DNA of 64,000 nucleotides from Candidatus Yanofskybacteria bacterium (GCA_016185525.1 JACPNK010000006.1:115440-179439); one strand, 5' to 3'; shown: positions 28,102-37,127, counted from the first letter of the stretch. Notes: generated from the sequence alone by a model not told the origin. Program-made: numbers and translations.

Positions 28102-29967
28102 CTAAACAACTTCTATTTGCCATCCGCTTGGCACTAAGCGTAACAACTCGTTGCGCCGCGCCCCGTAGTGAGCCGAAGGTTCTACTATGGGGTTTTTTAC
28201 TACTTTTAAAACAATTTCTTGCGTATGTAGTCCTTTTTCTTTTAATCCTGCATTTGGTCCGATAATTTCAATTTCTTTCCCATAATTCTTAATTCCTAAT
28301 TCATGATTCAACCTTTCTCTTACTATTTCCGCCTCTCTTTCCGCTGTTCTCGAATCTTGGTGGCGGAAGATTAATTTAATAAGTTCGGCAAATGGGGGAT
28401 AGCTGAATTCTTTTCTAGCCTCAAGCTCTTCTTCGTAAAAACTTTTAAAGTCTTGGCTTAAAATTGTTTTTACCACTCTTGCGTCGGAATCGTAGCCTTG
28501 GATTAAGGTTTTTTCTGTCATTTGAGACAAAATAAAAACTATTCTTAAGGCTTCTTCTTCTGTTCCAAAATCAACAAAATTTAGTAAAGATTCTAAGTTT
28601 AATATACCAACTAAATCGGCTTTTAGCAAGCGCTGATAGCTCAATATTTTTTGTGTTGTCAGCAGGATTGCCGGTCCCGGATTTTTAAATTGGTCTATAA
28701 TTTTTTCTTCCTCTTTTTGCGGAGTGTCGCTGCTTAAGGCCAGTATTTTTGGCGAAGTTATATTCTGGTCTTTGAAAAACTTTACCAACTTTTCCTCGGC
28801 TTTTTCTATGCCCAAGCCCTTATATTCCAAAACTGATTTGTTGCAGTTGGGGCAGACATTTAATGTTGGCTGTATGTTTTGACAGTGATGACATTTTAAA
28901 ATTGTTTTAGGTTTTAAGTTATAAGTTGTAAGTTTAAAGGCAGTCAGGTTTCGATCGCAGTTTGGACATCGGGGAATATAGCCGCAGTTTTGGCACAGAA
29001 GATACGGGGCATAGCCTTTGCGCGGTACGAATATTATAATTTTGTTTTTTTGCTGTACCGCCGATTTCAGTTGCTCTTTAAGTTCAGCGCTGAAAATTGA
29101 AAAATTGGTATTTTTAATTTCACCGACCATGTTGGCGAATGAGATATCAACTTTTGTTTTTTGGGGCAATGTCTCTTCTCCAAATTCAAAATATGTTTCT
29201 ACTTTCGGCAAAGAATCGTTTATGATTAATTTGGCTCCGTATTCTTTGGCGGTTCGTCTGGCCAAAATGCCGGTATCGTATTTGGGGGTGTAGTCGGAAC
29301 GGTAGGCGATATTTGACTCGGCTTCCACAATTATTTCTTTGAGGTTGTTAAAAGGCAAAAACAAAGCGACTCTGGTGCCGACTATTGTTTTTATTTCTCC
29401 GTTTTTAACTCTTTGCCAAATATCAAAATATTCTTTGGTTGGAGTACTGCTTGAAAGAAAAACGGGATTTTCTTTTTTGTATTTCTCCAAGAAGTGTTCG
29501 GCCATTATTTTTTCGGGAGTTAAAATAAGTTTTTGTCCTTGGTTACTGAGGTCTGGCGAGTATGCCTCTTCTTTGCGTCGGACTTGTCGCCGACGAACTG
29601 CAGAAGAGGCATACTCGCCAGACCTCTTAAGCAAAAATGCCGGTAACATGGCTTTAACGCACAAACCCAGTGGCGCAAAATATTTTACCGAGAGCCACAA
29701 AGCGATATTTAGCTGATGTTGGTTGAGAACAGGCTGTTCTTTTAGAATTTTGCCTATTGGTTTCAGCTCAAAATCAGCCTCTTTTTTAAGCTTGATTTTT
29801 AACTCCGCCAGACTTTTTGAAGCCAACACGACTGCGGTTATCTTTCTTTTTCTTATCTCAACTTCAACCAAAGCGCCTGCTGGTAGCTTTTCTTCATAAA
29901 AATAACTCAAGATCTGGTCCTGATTTCTGGGAATTGCGGTTAGGGGGATAACCTCAAGAATATACAT
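28102..29967 (-). CDS. priA: primosomal protein N' (PriA) with degenerate helicase motifs
   Basis: N-terminal 3'-DNA-binding domain, a Cys-rich zinc-binding insert (CQNCGY, CPNCD, CHHCQ, CPNC) and a C-terminal domain. Walker A reads SSSTPTKE and DEAH reads EAES, so both are degenerate. Carries two in-frame repeat insertions. Confidence 0.75.
   Translation of the reverse strand: MYILEVIPLTAIPRNQDQILSYFYEEKLPAGALVEVEIRKRKITAVVLASKSLAELKIKLKKEADFELKPIGKILKEQPVLNQHQLNIALWLSVKYFAPLGLCVKAMLPAFLLKRSGEYASSAVRRRQVRRKEEAYSPDLSNQGQKLILTPEKIMAEHFLEKYKKENPVFLSSSTPTKEYFDIWQRVKNGEIKTIVGTRVALFLPFNNLKEIIVEAESNIAYRSDYTPKYDTGILARRTAKEYGAKLIINDSLPKVETYFEFGEETLPQKTKVDISFANMVGEIKNTNFSIFSAELKEQLKSAVQQKNKIIIFVPRKGYAPYLLCQNCGYIPRCPNCDRNLTAFKLTTYNLKPKTILKCHHCQNIQPTLNVCPNCNKSVLEYKGLGIEKAEEKLVKFFKDQNITSPKILALSSDTPQKEEEKIIDQFKNPGPAILLTTQKILSYQRLLKADLVGILNLESLLNFVDFGTEEEALRIVFILSQMTEKTLIQGYDSDARVVKTILSQDFKSFYEEELEARKEFSYPPFAELIKLIFRHQDSRTAEREAEIVRERLNHELGIKNYGKEIEIIGPNAGLKEKGLHTQEIVLKVVKNPIVEPSAHYGARRNELLRLVPSGWQIEVV
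28909..28940. repeat. gttttaagttataagtt dispersed repeat (family 3) in-frame in priA
   Basis: 17 of 17 nt identical to 50151..50167; degenerate agttata heptamers; encodes KLTTYNLKPKT. Confidence 0.75.
29548..29629. repeat. palindromic repeat element (family 2), copy 2, in-frame in priA
   Basis: Perfect 24-bp inverted stems (gaggtctggcgagtatgcctcttc / gaagaggcatactcgccagacctc) enclose the same core as 10212..10288. Confidence 0.85.
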
Positions 29968-30008
29968 AAGTTGATGAGGTCATGATAACACAAAAGCCCA
30001 TAGCGGGC

Positions 30009-30668
30009 TTAAGGAAGAGCTTGAAGGGCGGATATTCTCTCTTTTGCCATTCTTGTTAACTCTCTGCTTTTTGGAGGGTTTTCATTTAATACTTTTTTCA
30101 AAAATTCTATATAGCCTTTTTTGTCAGTTGCTGTTACCGCGAAGGAGTCCGCAAGTTTATCTTCTTCAAAGTATATCTTTAAATTTAAGTTTTTAAAAAA
30201 CGGGTTTATGTGGGATAAGGTAAGGGATTTTTTAAGTTTGCTTCTGAAAGAACGTTTTATGTGTCCTATTTCGTGGCAAATTGCATATTCAACATTTTTT
30301 GAGTCCATTTTTTCTAAAAAATCTTTTGATATGAAGATGGAGGATTGAGATTTGTTTAGTGCGGTATGCAGTGTGAATATTGAATAATCTTCCACCTCTT
30401 CCGGTACAAGAAAGGGGGAAACTATAAAATTGTAACCGGAAAATACGTATATTTTTATATTGGGGGACAAGTTGTATTTTTTTGTTATGCCGGTTAAAAA
30501 CTCCCTAATCGGACCGTTTTTAATTTCTCTTATTTTGTGAATTTCTGAACTGGAAATAAAATTTTTTATTGCTGTTTTTGACCCCATTTCTAAGGAAACA
30601 AATACGGACATTTGCATTGCAAGCAAAATCATAAATAAAAAAGCAAGTATCAGCAGCAAAATAATCAT
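30009..30668 (-). CDS. membrane-anchored zinc metalloprotease (HExxH, M48/M56-like)
   Basis: N-terminal TM helix and a HEIGH motif. Confidence 0.55.
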   Translation of the reverse strand: MIILLLILAFLFMILLAMQMSVFVSLEMGSKTAIKNFISSSEIHKIREIKNGPIREFLTGITKKYNLSPNIKIYVFSGYNFIVSPFLVPEEVEDYSIFTLHTALNKSQSSIFISKDFLEKMDSKNVEYAICHEIGHIKRSFRSKLKKSLTLSHINPFFKNLNLKIYFEEDKLADSFAVTATDKKGYIEFLKKVLNENPPKSRELTRMAKERISALQALP

Positions 30669-30739
30669 AGGCTTACCTTTCTTTTTTCAAAGTCCTATCC
30701 TATCTTACAAAGTAGCAAATAATGTGTTAAAGTTCCAAT

Positions 30740-32173
30740 ATGACTAAAGTTAGAAAGCCTGAAATCAGAGTGCGGGTTGCTCCGTCGCCGACGGGGAATT
30801 TGCACATTGGCAATGCTCGTACCGCGCTTTTCAATTGGCTTTTTGCCAAGCACCACACCGGCAAGCTTATCTTGCGTATAGAGGATACTGACTTGGAAAG
30901 GTCAAGTTTGGAATTTGAAAAAAATATTTTAAACGGCCTTGAATGGCTTGGTTTGAAATGGGATGAATTTTACAAACAAAGTGAACGGCTGGACAGATAC
31001 GAAAAACATCTGAAGAAACTTTTAGAAGAAAAAAAAGCTTTTTGGTGTTACCACTCAAAGGAAGAACTGGAAGCGGAAAAGAAAGAACAAACACAAAAAA
31101 AAGAAGCGCCAAGGCATATTTGTGAACACAAATACATGAATCACGAATCAGGAATTATGAATCAAGGAGCGGGGATAATCAGATTAAAAGTGGATGAGAA
31201 CTCCCACAGAACAGTTCGTTTTGAAGATATAATTCGCGGCCATGTTGAATTTGAACAGCGGGTGATAGGGGACTTGAGCTTGGCAAAAGATTTGCGCACC
31301 CCTTTGTATAATTTTGCTGTGGTGGTGGATGACCACGAAATGAAAATTAGCCATGTAATTAGAGGCGAAGACCATATTGCCAACACGCCCAAACAAATTT
31401 TGATTGCCGAAGCTTTGGGAGTGTCTTTGCCGCAGTTTGCGCATCTCCCCCTGATTTTAGGAGAAGACCGTTCCAAACTTTCCAAAAGGCACGGGGCGGT
31501 TAATTTTGACGAGTATATAGGAGCCGGTTACTTGCCGGAGGCCTTAGTTAATTTTTTGAGTTTGCTGGGCTGGAGTTCTAAAGACGGCAGAGAAATTTTG
31601 ACCAAAAATGAAATTATAGAGCAGTTCAGTCTGGAAAAAGTTCACAAATCAGGAGCAATTTTTGACGTTAAAAAACTTAATTGGATTAACTCGCAGTATA
31701 TAAAACAGTTTAATGACGAAGGGTTGACAAGTTTAGTTATGCCTTTTATTGAAAAGTATTTTGGCAAACAAGACAAAGTTTTTGTTTTAAAACTGGCACC
31801 CGTTTTTAGAGAAAGGCTTGAGTATTTGGATCAAGTCAAAGAATTTAAATATTTTTTTGGCGAGCCGGAATACGAAGCGGATATACTGGTATGGAAAAAA
31901 TCAGACAAAGAAAAAACGCACAAAGCTTTGGAGTCTGTGCTTGAGATTTTGAGCAGCAACTTAGAGTGGGAAATTTTTGATGAGAAATATATCCGTTCCG
32001 AACTGGACAAGTTGGCGGAAGAAAAGTTCGGCGGGGACAGGGGAGCGGTCTATTGGCCTTTGCGCGTGGCTTTGACCGGAGAAAAGTTTTCCCCCGATCC
32101 GGTAGAAATTGCCAGAATTATTGGCAAAGAAAAAACTCTTAACCGAATCCAAGTTGCTCTCAAAAAACCTTAA
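30740..32173 (+). CDS. gltX: glutamyl-tRNA synthetase
   Basis: HIGN (class I HIGH) and KLSKR motifs with GluRS architecture. Confidence 0.9.
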   Translation: MTKVRKPEIRVRVAPSPTGNLHIGNARTALFNWLFAKHHTGKLILRIEDTDLERSSLEFEKNILNGLEWLGLKWDEFYKQSERLDRYEKHLKKLLEEKKAFWCYHSKEELEAEKKEQTQKKEAPRHICEHKYMNHESGIMNQGAGIIRLKVDENSHRTVRFEDIIRGHVEFEQRVIGDLSLAKDLRTPLYNFAVVVDDHEMKISHVIRGEDHIANTPKQILIAEALGVSLPQFAHLPLILGEDRSKLSKRHGAVNFDEYIGAGYLPEALVNFLSLLGWSSKDGREILTKNEIIEQFSLEKVHKSGAIFDVKKLNWINSQYIKQFNDEGLTSLVMPFIEKYFGKQDKVFVLKLAPVFRERLEYLDQVKEFKYFFGEPEYEADILVWKKSDKEKTHKALESVLEILSSNLEWEIFDEKYIRSELDKLAEEKFGGDRGAVYWPLRVALTGEKFSPDPVEIARIIGKEKTLNRIQVALKKP

Positions 32174-32176
32174 ACT

Positions 32177-33451
32177 TTGATGAAAAGTTACAGTTTTAAA
32201 ATTTTTCTTTTGTCCTTTTTTCTGCTTTTTGTTTTTTCGTTTGTTTCTGCCGCCGAAGATATCAATCAGAAAATCTTGGATTTAAGGAAACAAGTTGAAG
32301 AGCTGGAAAAAAAGTCCGAAGAATACAGGAGTGTGGTAAATAGCAAGCAGAAAGAAGCCCAGAGCCTTAAAAGGGAAATTGACATTTTGAATAACCAGAT
32401 TTACAAGCTTGAGACGCAGATCAAGATAACTGACAGTAAAATCAATGTCGCGCGATTTACGATTACCGATTTGCGGGATAAGATTTTTGACCGGCAAGAG
32501 ACAATTAACAACAAAAAAGAAGTCATAGCCTCTCTTATCAATCTTTTTTACAAAAAAGACCAGGAAGACATTGTTGACATAGTGGTAAAGAACAAACGTC
32601 TCTCGGACTTCATTGACCAGATTAAACAGGCGGACAACTTAAATAAAAGTTTGCTGGCCACTGTTACTGTTTTGAAAAACGAAAAGGAAGCTTTGGAGGG
32701 TGAAAAAAACGAGTTGGAGGCGCAAAAACAAGAACTGGAAAGTTTGAATGACACCCAGAAAAATAAGCAGAATTCTTTGGACCTAACCAAAGACGGTAAA
32801 GACAGCTTGCTGGTAAGGACGAAGGGCCAAGAAGCGGCCTATCGTGAGTTGTTGGAAGAAACAGAAAGAAAACAAGCAGAATTTTTCGCCGAATTAAAAA
32901 ACTTGGAAACGCAGGCGGTGCAGTCTGGAGCGTTTATCGTGCATGTTACGGCTGACTCGGTCCCGCCTCGGGGCACAAAATTTTTAAAGTGGCCTTATGA
33001 CGACCATGTTCTCACTCAAAGCTATGGCTATACGACTTTTGCGCGGAGCCGGCGCAAACCCTATGGCGGAGACATACACAACGGTATTGACTTGGCTAGC
33101 GGCTGTGGGACGGCCATAAAGGCGGCGGCGGCGGGCGCGGTACTTGCCAGCGGTTTTAACGACGGATTTGGCAACTGGGTGGCTGTCAGGCACGAAAATA
33201 ACATAGTTACTGTTTATGCCCATATGCGAGATCCTTCTGGTCTTGCCAACGGTACGGCGGTTACCGTCAGTTCAATACTTGGTTACGAAGGCAACACGGG
33301 CAGTGTTTTCAGTGTCCGCACCGGTCCATGTGCCGGCTCGCACCTGCATTTGAGCGTTTATAAAGACTTTTTCACCTACATTAACGACAAAAACGGCCAG
33401 CTTTATTTTAACTACTCCAAGGGGGCTTTGAACCCGCTTGACTATTTGTAG
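32177..33451 (+). CDS. M23/LytM peptidase with N-terminal coiled coil (EnvC-like murein hydrolase)
   Basis: Signal/TM, a long coiled coil and a C-terminal HxxxD...HLH LytM domain (HNGIDLA). Confidence 0.75.
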   Translation: MMKSYSFKIFLLSFFLLFVFSFVSAAEDINQKILDLRKQVEELEKKSEEYRSVVNSKQKEAQSLKREIDILNNQIYKLETQIKITDSKINVARFTITDLRDKIFDRQETINNKKEVIASLINLFYKKDQEDIVDIVVKNKRLSDFIDQIKQADNLNKSLLATVTVLKNEKEALEGEKNELEAQKQELESLNDTQKNKQNSLDLTKDGKDSLLVRTKGQEAAYRELLEETERKQAEFFAELKNLETQAVQSGAFIVHVTADSVPPRGTKFLKWPYDDHVLTQSYGYTTFARSRRKPYGGDIHNGIDLASGCGTAIKAAAAGAVLASGFNDGFGNWVAVRHENNIVTVYAHMRDPSGLANGTAVTVSSILGYEGNTGSVFSVRTGPCAGSHLHLSVYKDFFTYINDKNGQLYFNYSKGALNPLDYL

Positions 33452-33500
33452 TTTTTCTGATACTCTTTTTTCAGTTTGATTTTGAAAATGAGGAGAAACT

Positions 33501-33809
33501 ATGTCGAGTTTTGTATTTCGTTGCACGACGAGAGGCAGCCATACTTTTTTGGAGTTTAATACTCCGGTGAAAATATTTGACTCTGTTAGCGGAGCACGCT
33601 TAATTCTGGAGGAATTACTTGACTTTGAGAAACAAAATCCGGACATGCATATTGTTGGTTGGAAACCGGAAACACACATGGCCACAAATACTAGATTTGG
33701 CATTCTCACCCCTGTTTGTTTTGGAATTTGGATTGACCATGAGCCAAGAGAAAAGGAACCTGAAGACTGTGACTTTGATGCTCTTGAAAGGGCACTAGGA
33801 CAAGATTGA
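33501..33809 (+). CDS. hypothetical small protein, paralog A (WIDHE family)
   Basis: 102 aa, ~35% identical to the 34750..35055 product; shared motifs IL..L..FE.QN, WIDHE and ALxQD. Confidence 0.6.
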   Translation: MSSFVFRCTTRGSHTFLEFNTPVKIFDSVSGARLILEELLDFEKQNPDMHIVGWKPETHMATNTRFGILTPVCFGIWIDHEPREKEPEDCDFDALERALGQD

Positions 33810-33833
33810 ACCCGCGTTTCGCGGGTTTTTTTT
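33808..33833 (+). terminator. rho-independent terminator
   Basis: aacccgcgtttcgcgggtt hairpin plus a T-run; near-identical to 35054..35078. Confidence 0.8.
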
Positions 33834-33847
33834 ATTTCTTAAAAATC

Positions 33848-33883
33848 TACTGAGAAGCTACTGAGAAGTTGAACTTATCAGTA
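33848..33883. repeat. REP palindrome with half-site direct repeat, 5' flank of the RAYT gene
   Basis: tactgagaag x2 half-sites, then the 25-bp palindrome tactgagaagttgaacttatcagta. Confidence 0.85.
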
Positions 33884-33905
33884 GAACATGTTAAATTTCT
33901 GAAAT

Positions 33906-34550
33906 ATGCATAAAGAATATTTTACCAATGGGGAATTTTACCATGTGTATAATCGCGGAAACAATAAGCGAAAAATTTTTTTGGATCAAAGAGACTTTAA
34001 AAGATTTTTTCAAAGCATACGGGAATTCAATTCGGAAGAACCGATTGGTAGTATATATCTTAATTCTTTTAAGGACGCCTCGCTTAGAAGTTCAACTTCT
34101 AAGTTAGTTGATTTTGTTTGTTTTTGTTTAAATCCAAATCATTATCATTTTATTCTCAAGCAACTAAAAGAAAGGGGTATTGAAAAGTTTTTACATAGAC
34201 TTGGCACGGGTTATACTAAATATTTTAATGAAAAACATAAATGCAGTGGCTCTCTTTTTCAGGGCAGGTATAAAGCGATACACTTAAACTCTAATGAATA
34301 CCTACTACATCTTAGTGCCTATGTGAATTTAAATTATGAAGTTCACCAACTGAGAAGTTCAACTTATCAGTGTGATTATAAATCTAGTTGGGCAGAATAT
34401 CAAAACAACTTGGTAGAAAGTATATGTAATAAAGACATTGTACTTTCTCAGTTTAGAAACTTTGATAAGTATAGGGAATTTGCAGTTAATGCTATTCAAA
34501 TAAGTAGGACCAAAAAAGATATGGAAAAGTTGTTATTGGAAGAGGTCTGA
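33906..34550 (+). CDS. REP-associated tyrosine transposase (RAYT; IS200-like HuH Y1 transposase, TnpA_REP)
   Basis: YHVYNRGNNKRKIF N-terminus, HuH motif NHYHFIL, GRYKA and Y..N C-terminal tyrosine region are typical of COG1943 RAYTs; the gene is flanked by inverted REPs. Confidence 0.8.
   Translation: MHKEYFTNGEFYHVYNRGNNKRKIFLDQRDFKRFFQSIREFNSEEPIGSIYLNSFKDASLRSSTSKLVDFVCFCLNPNHYHFILKQLKERGIEKFLHRLGTGYTKYFNEKHKCSGSLFQGRYKAIHLNSNEYLLHLSAYVNLNYEVHQLRSSTYQCDYKSSWAEYQNNLVESICNKDIVLSQFRNFDKYREFAVNAIQISRTKKDMEKLLLEEV
34083..34103. repeat. REP palindrome inside the RAYT coding sequence, copy 1 (in-frame)
   Basis: cttagaagttcaacttctaag encoding LRSSTSK. Confidence 0.85.
34350..34370. repeat. REP palindrome inside the RAYT coding sequence, copy 2 (in-frame)
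   Basis: ctgagaagttcaacttatcag encoding LRSSTYQ. Confidence 0.8.
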
Positions 34551-34557
34551 CTCTGAT

Positions 34558-34645
34558 CACTGATAAGTCACTGATAAGTTGAACTTCTCAGTAAAAACTT
34601 CTCAGTAAAAACTTCTCAGTAAACTTCTCAGTAAATTTCTCAGTA
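34558..34645. repeat. REP palindrome plus tandem half-site array, 3' flank of the RAYT gene
   Basis: cactgataagt x2, palindrome cactgataagttgaacttctcagta (inverted relative to the 5' REP), then (aa)aacttctcagta x4 tandem. Confidence 0.9.
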
Positions 34646-34749
34646 AAAGGTTTCGAACTATTACGCGGCAGTGCATCGTGTATTTGACTACTTGCAGGAT
34701 ATCTGCTAGGGTCGATTTGCTTTTTAATAATTAGTGAAAGGATAGAAAA

Positions 34750-35055
34750 ATGTCTCGTACGTCTCACATGTCTCATGTTTTCAAGAAAATACACAAGGGT
34801 GGTCGTTCGTTTTTCATGCTAACTGGCAGTAATAATATGGAGGCAGTAGGCAGGAAAATTTTAGATGTTCTTAGCGAATTTGAAGATCAAAATCTAGGCA
34901 AAAAGATAACAAACTGGAGGGCTAATATAAGGTATGTTACCGATGTGGAACCACCTTTCTTTTCTTGTGCTCTTTGGGTTGACCACGAGTCGTGTTGGTT
35001 AAGAGATAAGCCTCCGTCAACAAGCGAACTTGATAACGCTCTAGACCAAGATTAA
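34750..35055 (+). CDS. hypothetical small protein, paralog B (WVDHE family)
   Basis: 101 aa homologous to 33501..33809; RBS AAAGGA upstream. Confidence 0.6.
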   Translation: MSRTSHMSHVFKKIHKGGRSFFMLTGSNNMEAVGRKILDVLSEFEDQNLGKKITNWRANIRYVTDVEPPFFSCALWVDHESCWLRDKPPSTSELDNALDQD

Positions 35056-35078
35056 ACCCGCATTTTGCGGGTTTTTTT
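35054..35078 (+). terminator. rho-independent terminator
   Basis: aaacccgcattttgcgggttt plus a T-run. Confidence 0.8.
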
Positions 35079-35134
35079 ATTTTTTCTAGACATAAACCGA
35101 GCTTGTCTCGGTTTATGGTCTTTAGAAAACAATA

Positions 35135-35270
35135 ACCCCACCTTAATTTTGCCTTTTATGTTTTTAAAGATAAATTTGGCTTGGAAAATGCTAGAAGCGC
35201 AGAGGCCGAATAGGCCCGAGCGTAAGCGAGTGCGCTTCCGTGGTTTTATGGGCAAAATTAAGGTTGGGGT
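35135..35270 (+). ncRNA. candidate structured RNA or cis-regulatory leader upstream of ndh
   Basis: Long-range closing stem accccaccttaattttgcc / ggcaaaattaaggttggggt (19 bp) encloses nested helices gaagcgca/tgcgcttc and ggccgaataggcc; a separate hairpin lies at 35092..35116. Confidence 0.35.
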
Positions 35271-35299
35271 AAACAAGGTTTTTATGTTAAAATTAAAAC

Positions 35300-36547
35300 A
35301 TGGTCAACATCTTAATTATCGGCGGGGGATTTGGGGGAGTCAGGACTGCTTTGGACTTGAACAAGAAGTTGTCGTCTGAAGAGGCGTCAATTACTCTTGT
35401 TGACAGAAATAACTATCATCTGTTTTTGCCGTCGCTTTACGAAGTGGCATCATCTTTCGGTTTGGATTTAAACAAAGAGGAGATAAGGCTTAAAAAAACT
35501 ATTGCAATTCCTTTTGGCGAGATTTTTGAGGACACAAAAGTCAACTTTGTTCAAGCAGAAATCGTCAGCGTAGATTTGAATAAGAAAGAGGTACGGTCAA
35601 AAGGAGAAAAATTTTTTAGATACGATTATCTGGTTTTAGCTTTAGGGGCGGAGACGGAAACTTTTGGCACGGCTGGAGTCGTAGAATATGCTTACAAGTT
35701 CAAAAGCGTGGAGGAAGCTGTTTTTCTTAATAAAAAAATAAATGAGAAATACAAAGAGGCTGAAAGGGGTCAGCGTCCGCTACCTGTTAGATTTATTGTT
35801 GTCGGCGCGGGCTTTAACGGCATAGAACTTGCCGGAGAACTGGCATGCTGTACCAAAAAAATAGCGGAAGTTTGCAAGCTAAAAAATAAATGTACAGAGA
35901 TTAAGCTGGTTGAAGCGGCGCCCCAAATATTGCCCATGGTTTATGACAAAGAAAGGGCGATGATTCGTAAGAGACTGGAAAGGTTGGGGGTTGAGGTTTT
36001 GGAGAATTCTCCAATTGAACAGGTCGGGCCCGATTTTGTTCAAATTAAGAATGGTCCAAGGCTGAACGCTGATTTTATAATCTGGACCGCCGGTATACGG
36101 GCTTCTTCATTTTTAAAAAATATTTCCGGTTTAAAATTAGATGAAAGAGGAAAAATGACTGTTAACGAATTTATGCAGTCGTCAGACAGGCCGGAAGTTT
36201 TTGGGGTGGGGGACAGCGCTGTGTTTTTGGACCCAGCCACCAAAAAACCGGTTCCAGCGTTGGCTTACGTGGCGGTTGACCAAGGAAAAGTTGTTGCGGA
36301 AAATATCTTAAGAGTTTTAAAAAATAAAAGACCGCAAGAATACAGGCCATTCTATAATGTCTGGATAGCTCCGGTAGGAGGCAAGTTTGCCGTGGCGCGT
36401 TTGGGTAAGAATTTTACCGTTTCAGGGTTCTGGGGCTGGGTTTTGAGAGAACTGGTTGATTTCAGGTATATGTACTCAATCTTGCCGTTTTCAAAAGCTG
36501 TATCGCTAATGTCAGAGAATGTGGCGGTATTTACAAAAAACGACTAA
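35300..36547 (+). CDS. ndh: type II NADH dehydrogenase / FAD-dependent pyridine nucleotide-disulfide oxidoreductase
   Basis: GGGFGG and a second GAGFNG Rossmann motif; NDH-2 length. Confidence 0.75.
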   Translation: MVNILIIGGGFGGVRTALDLNKKLSSEEASITLVDRNNYHLFLPSLYEVASSFGLDLNKEEIRLKKTIAIPFGEIFEDTKVNFVQAEIVSVDLNKKEVRSKGEKFFRYDYLVLALGAETETFGTAGVVEYAYKFKSVEEAVFLNKKINEKYKEAERGQRPLPVRFIVVGAGFNGIELAGELACCTKKIAEVCKLKNKCTEIKLVEAAPQILPMVYDKERAMIRKRLERLGVEVLENSPIEQVGPDFVQIKNGPRLNADFIIWTAGIRASSFLKNISGLKLDERGKMTVNEFMQSSDRPEVFGVGDSAVFLDPATKKPVPALAYVAVDQGKVVAENILRVLKNKRPQEYRPFYNVWIAPVGGKFAVARLGKNFTVSGFWGWVLRELVDFRYMYSILPFSKAVSLMSENVAVFTKND

Positions 36548-36656
36548 TACACACTAAATAGGGGATAGTGTCAAGTAGACATAATCTTGGCACCTGTGGA
36601 TAACTTACTTGACACAACTTTATTAAGGTTGTCAAATAATAATATGGAAGGAGGGG

Positions 36657-37118
36657 ATGCGGGTCTTGAAAAACAATAACTACGGATTTGTAAATTCTAA
36701 ATTTAAAATTTTTTATTTAGTTTTTGTTTTATCAATATTATGTTTCTCTGCTGTTCCGGCCCGGGGCTACCCTATTGACGGCGCTGAAAATGCCGATAGC
36801 TATTCAAATTTTGGTCTTGAACAGGCCCGCAAGGTTAGTGGTTCGGTTAATGAGCTAATCAGATCTCTGCTTGGTCCTAGTTTTTCTTCTCTTACCTCGG
36901 TTGATGTTAACAAGAGTTTTGGTCCTGACCTTAATAAGCTTATACCCGGCGGTACGGGTTTAAGCTTTGATGATTTTATCAATATCAAGAGTTTTTCTAC
37001 TGACGACATATCGGGCAGTATTAAAGCAGTCGCCGTTCTTTTTATAAAGTTGATTGTTACGACTCTGTCAGTTACATCAGAAATTCTTAAACTGGTTTTA
37101 AGCCTGTTAACTCAATGA
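36657..37118 (+). CDS. secreted hypothetical protein
   Basis: Signal peptide and GGAGGG RBS. Confidence 0.5.
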   Translation: MRVLKNNNYGFVNSKFKIFYLVFVLSILCFSAVPARGYPIDGAENADSYSNFGLEQARKVSGSVNELIRSLLGPSFSSLTSVDVNKSFGPDLNKLIPGGTGLSFDDFINIKSFSTDDISGSIKAVAVLFIKLIVTTLSVTSEILKLVLSLLTQ

Positions 37119-37127
37119 TAGCCGAAT

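Noticed and set aside
34594-34645. Tandem array (aa)aacttctcagta x4, considered as a possible mini-CRISPR or CRISPR-like array
   Set aside because: Units are only 12-14 nt with no intervening unique spacers. They are half-sites of the adjacent REP palindrome. No cas genes are present.
35065-35379. Track ORF of 104 aa overlapping the ndh start and the structured element
   Set aside because: No RBS, it overlaps a strongly structured region, and it runs into ndh in another frame. Interpreted as non-coding.
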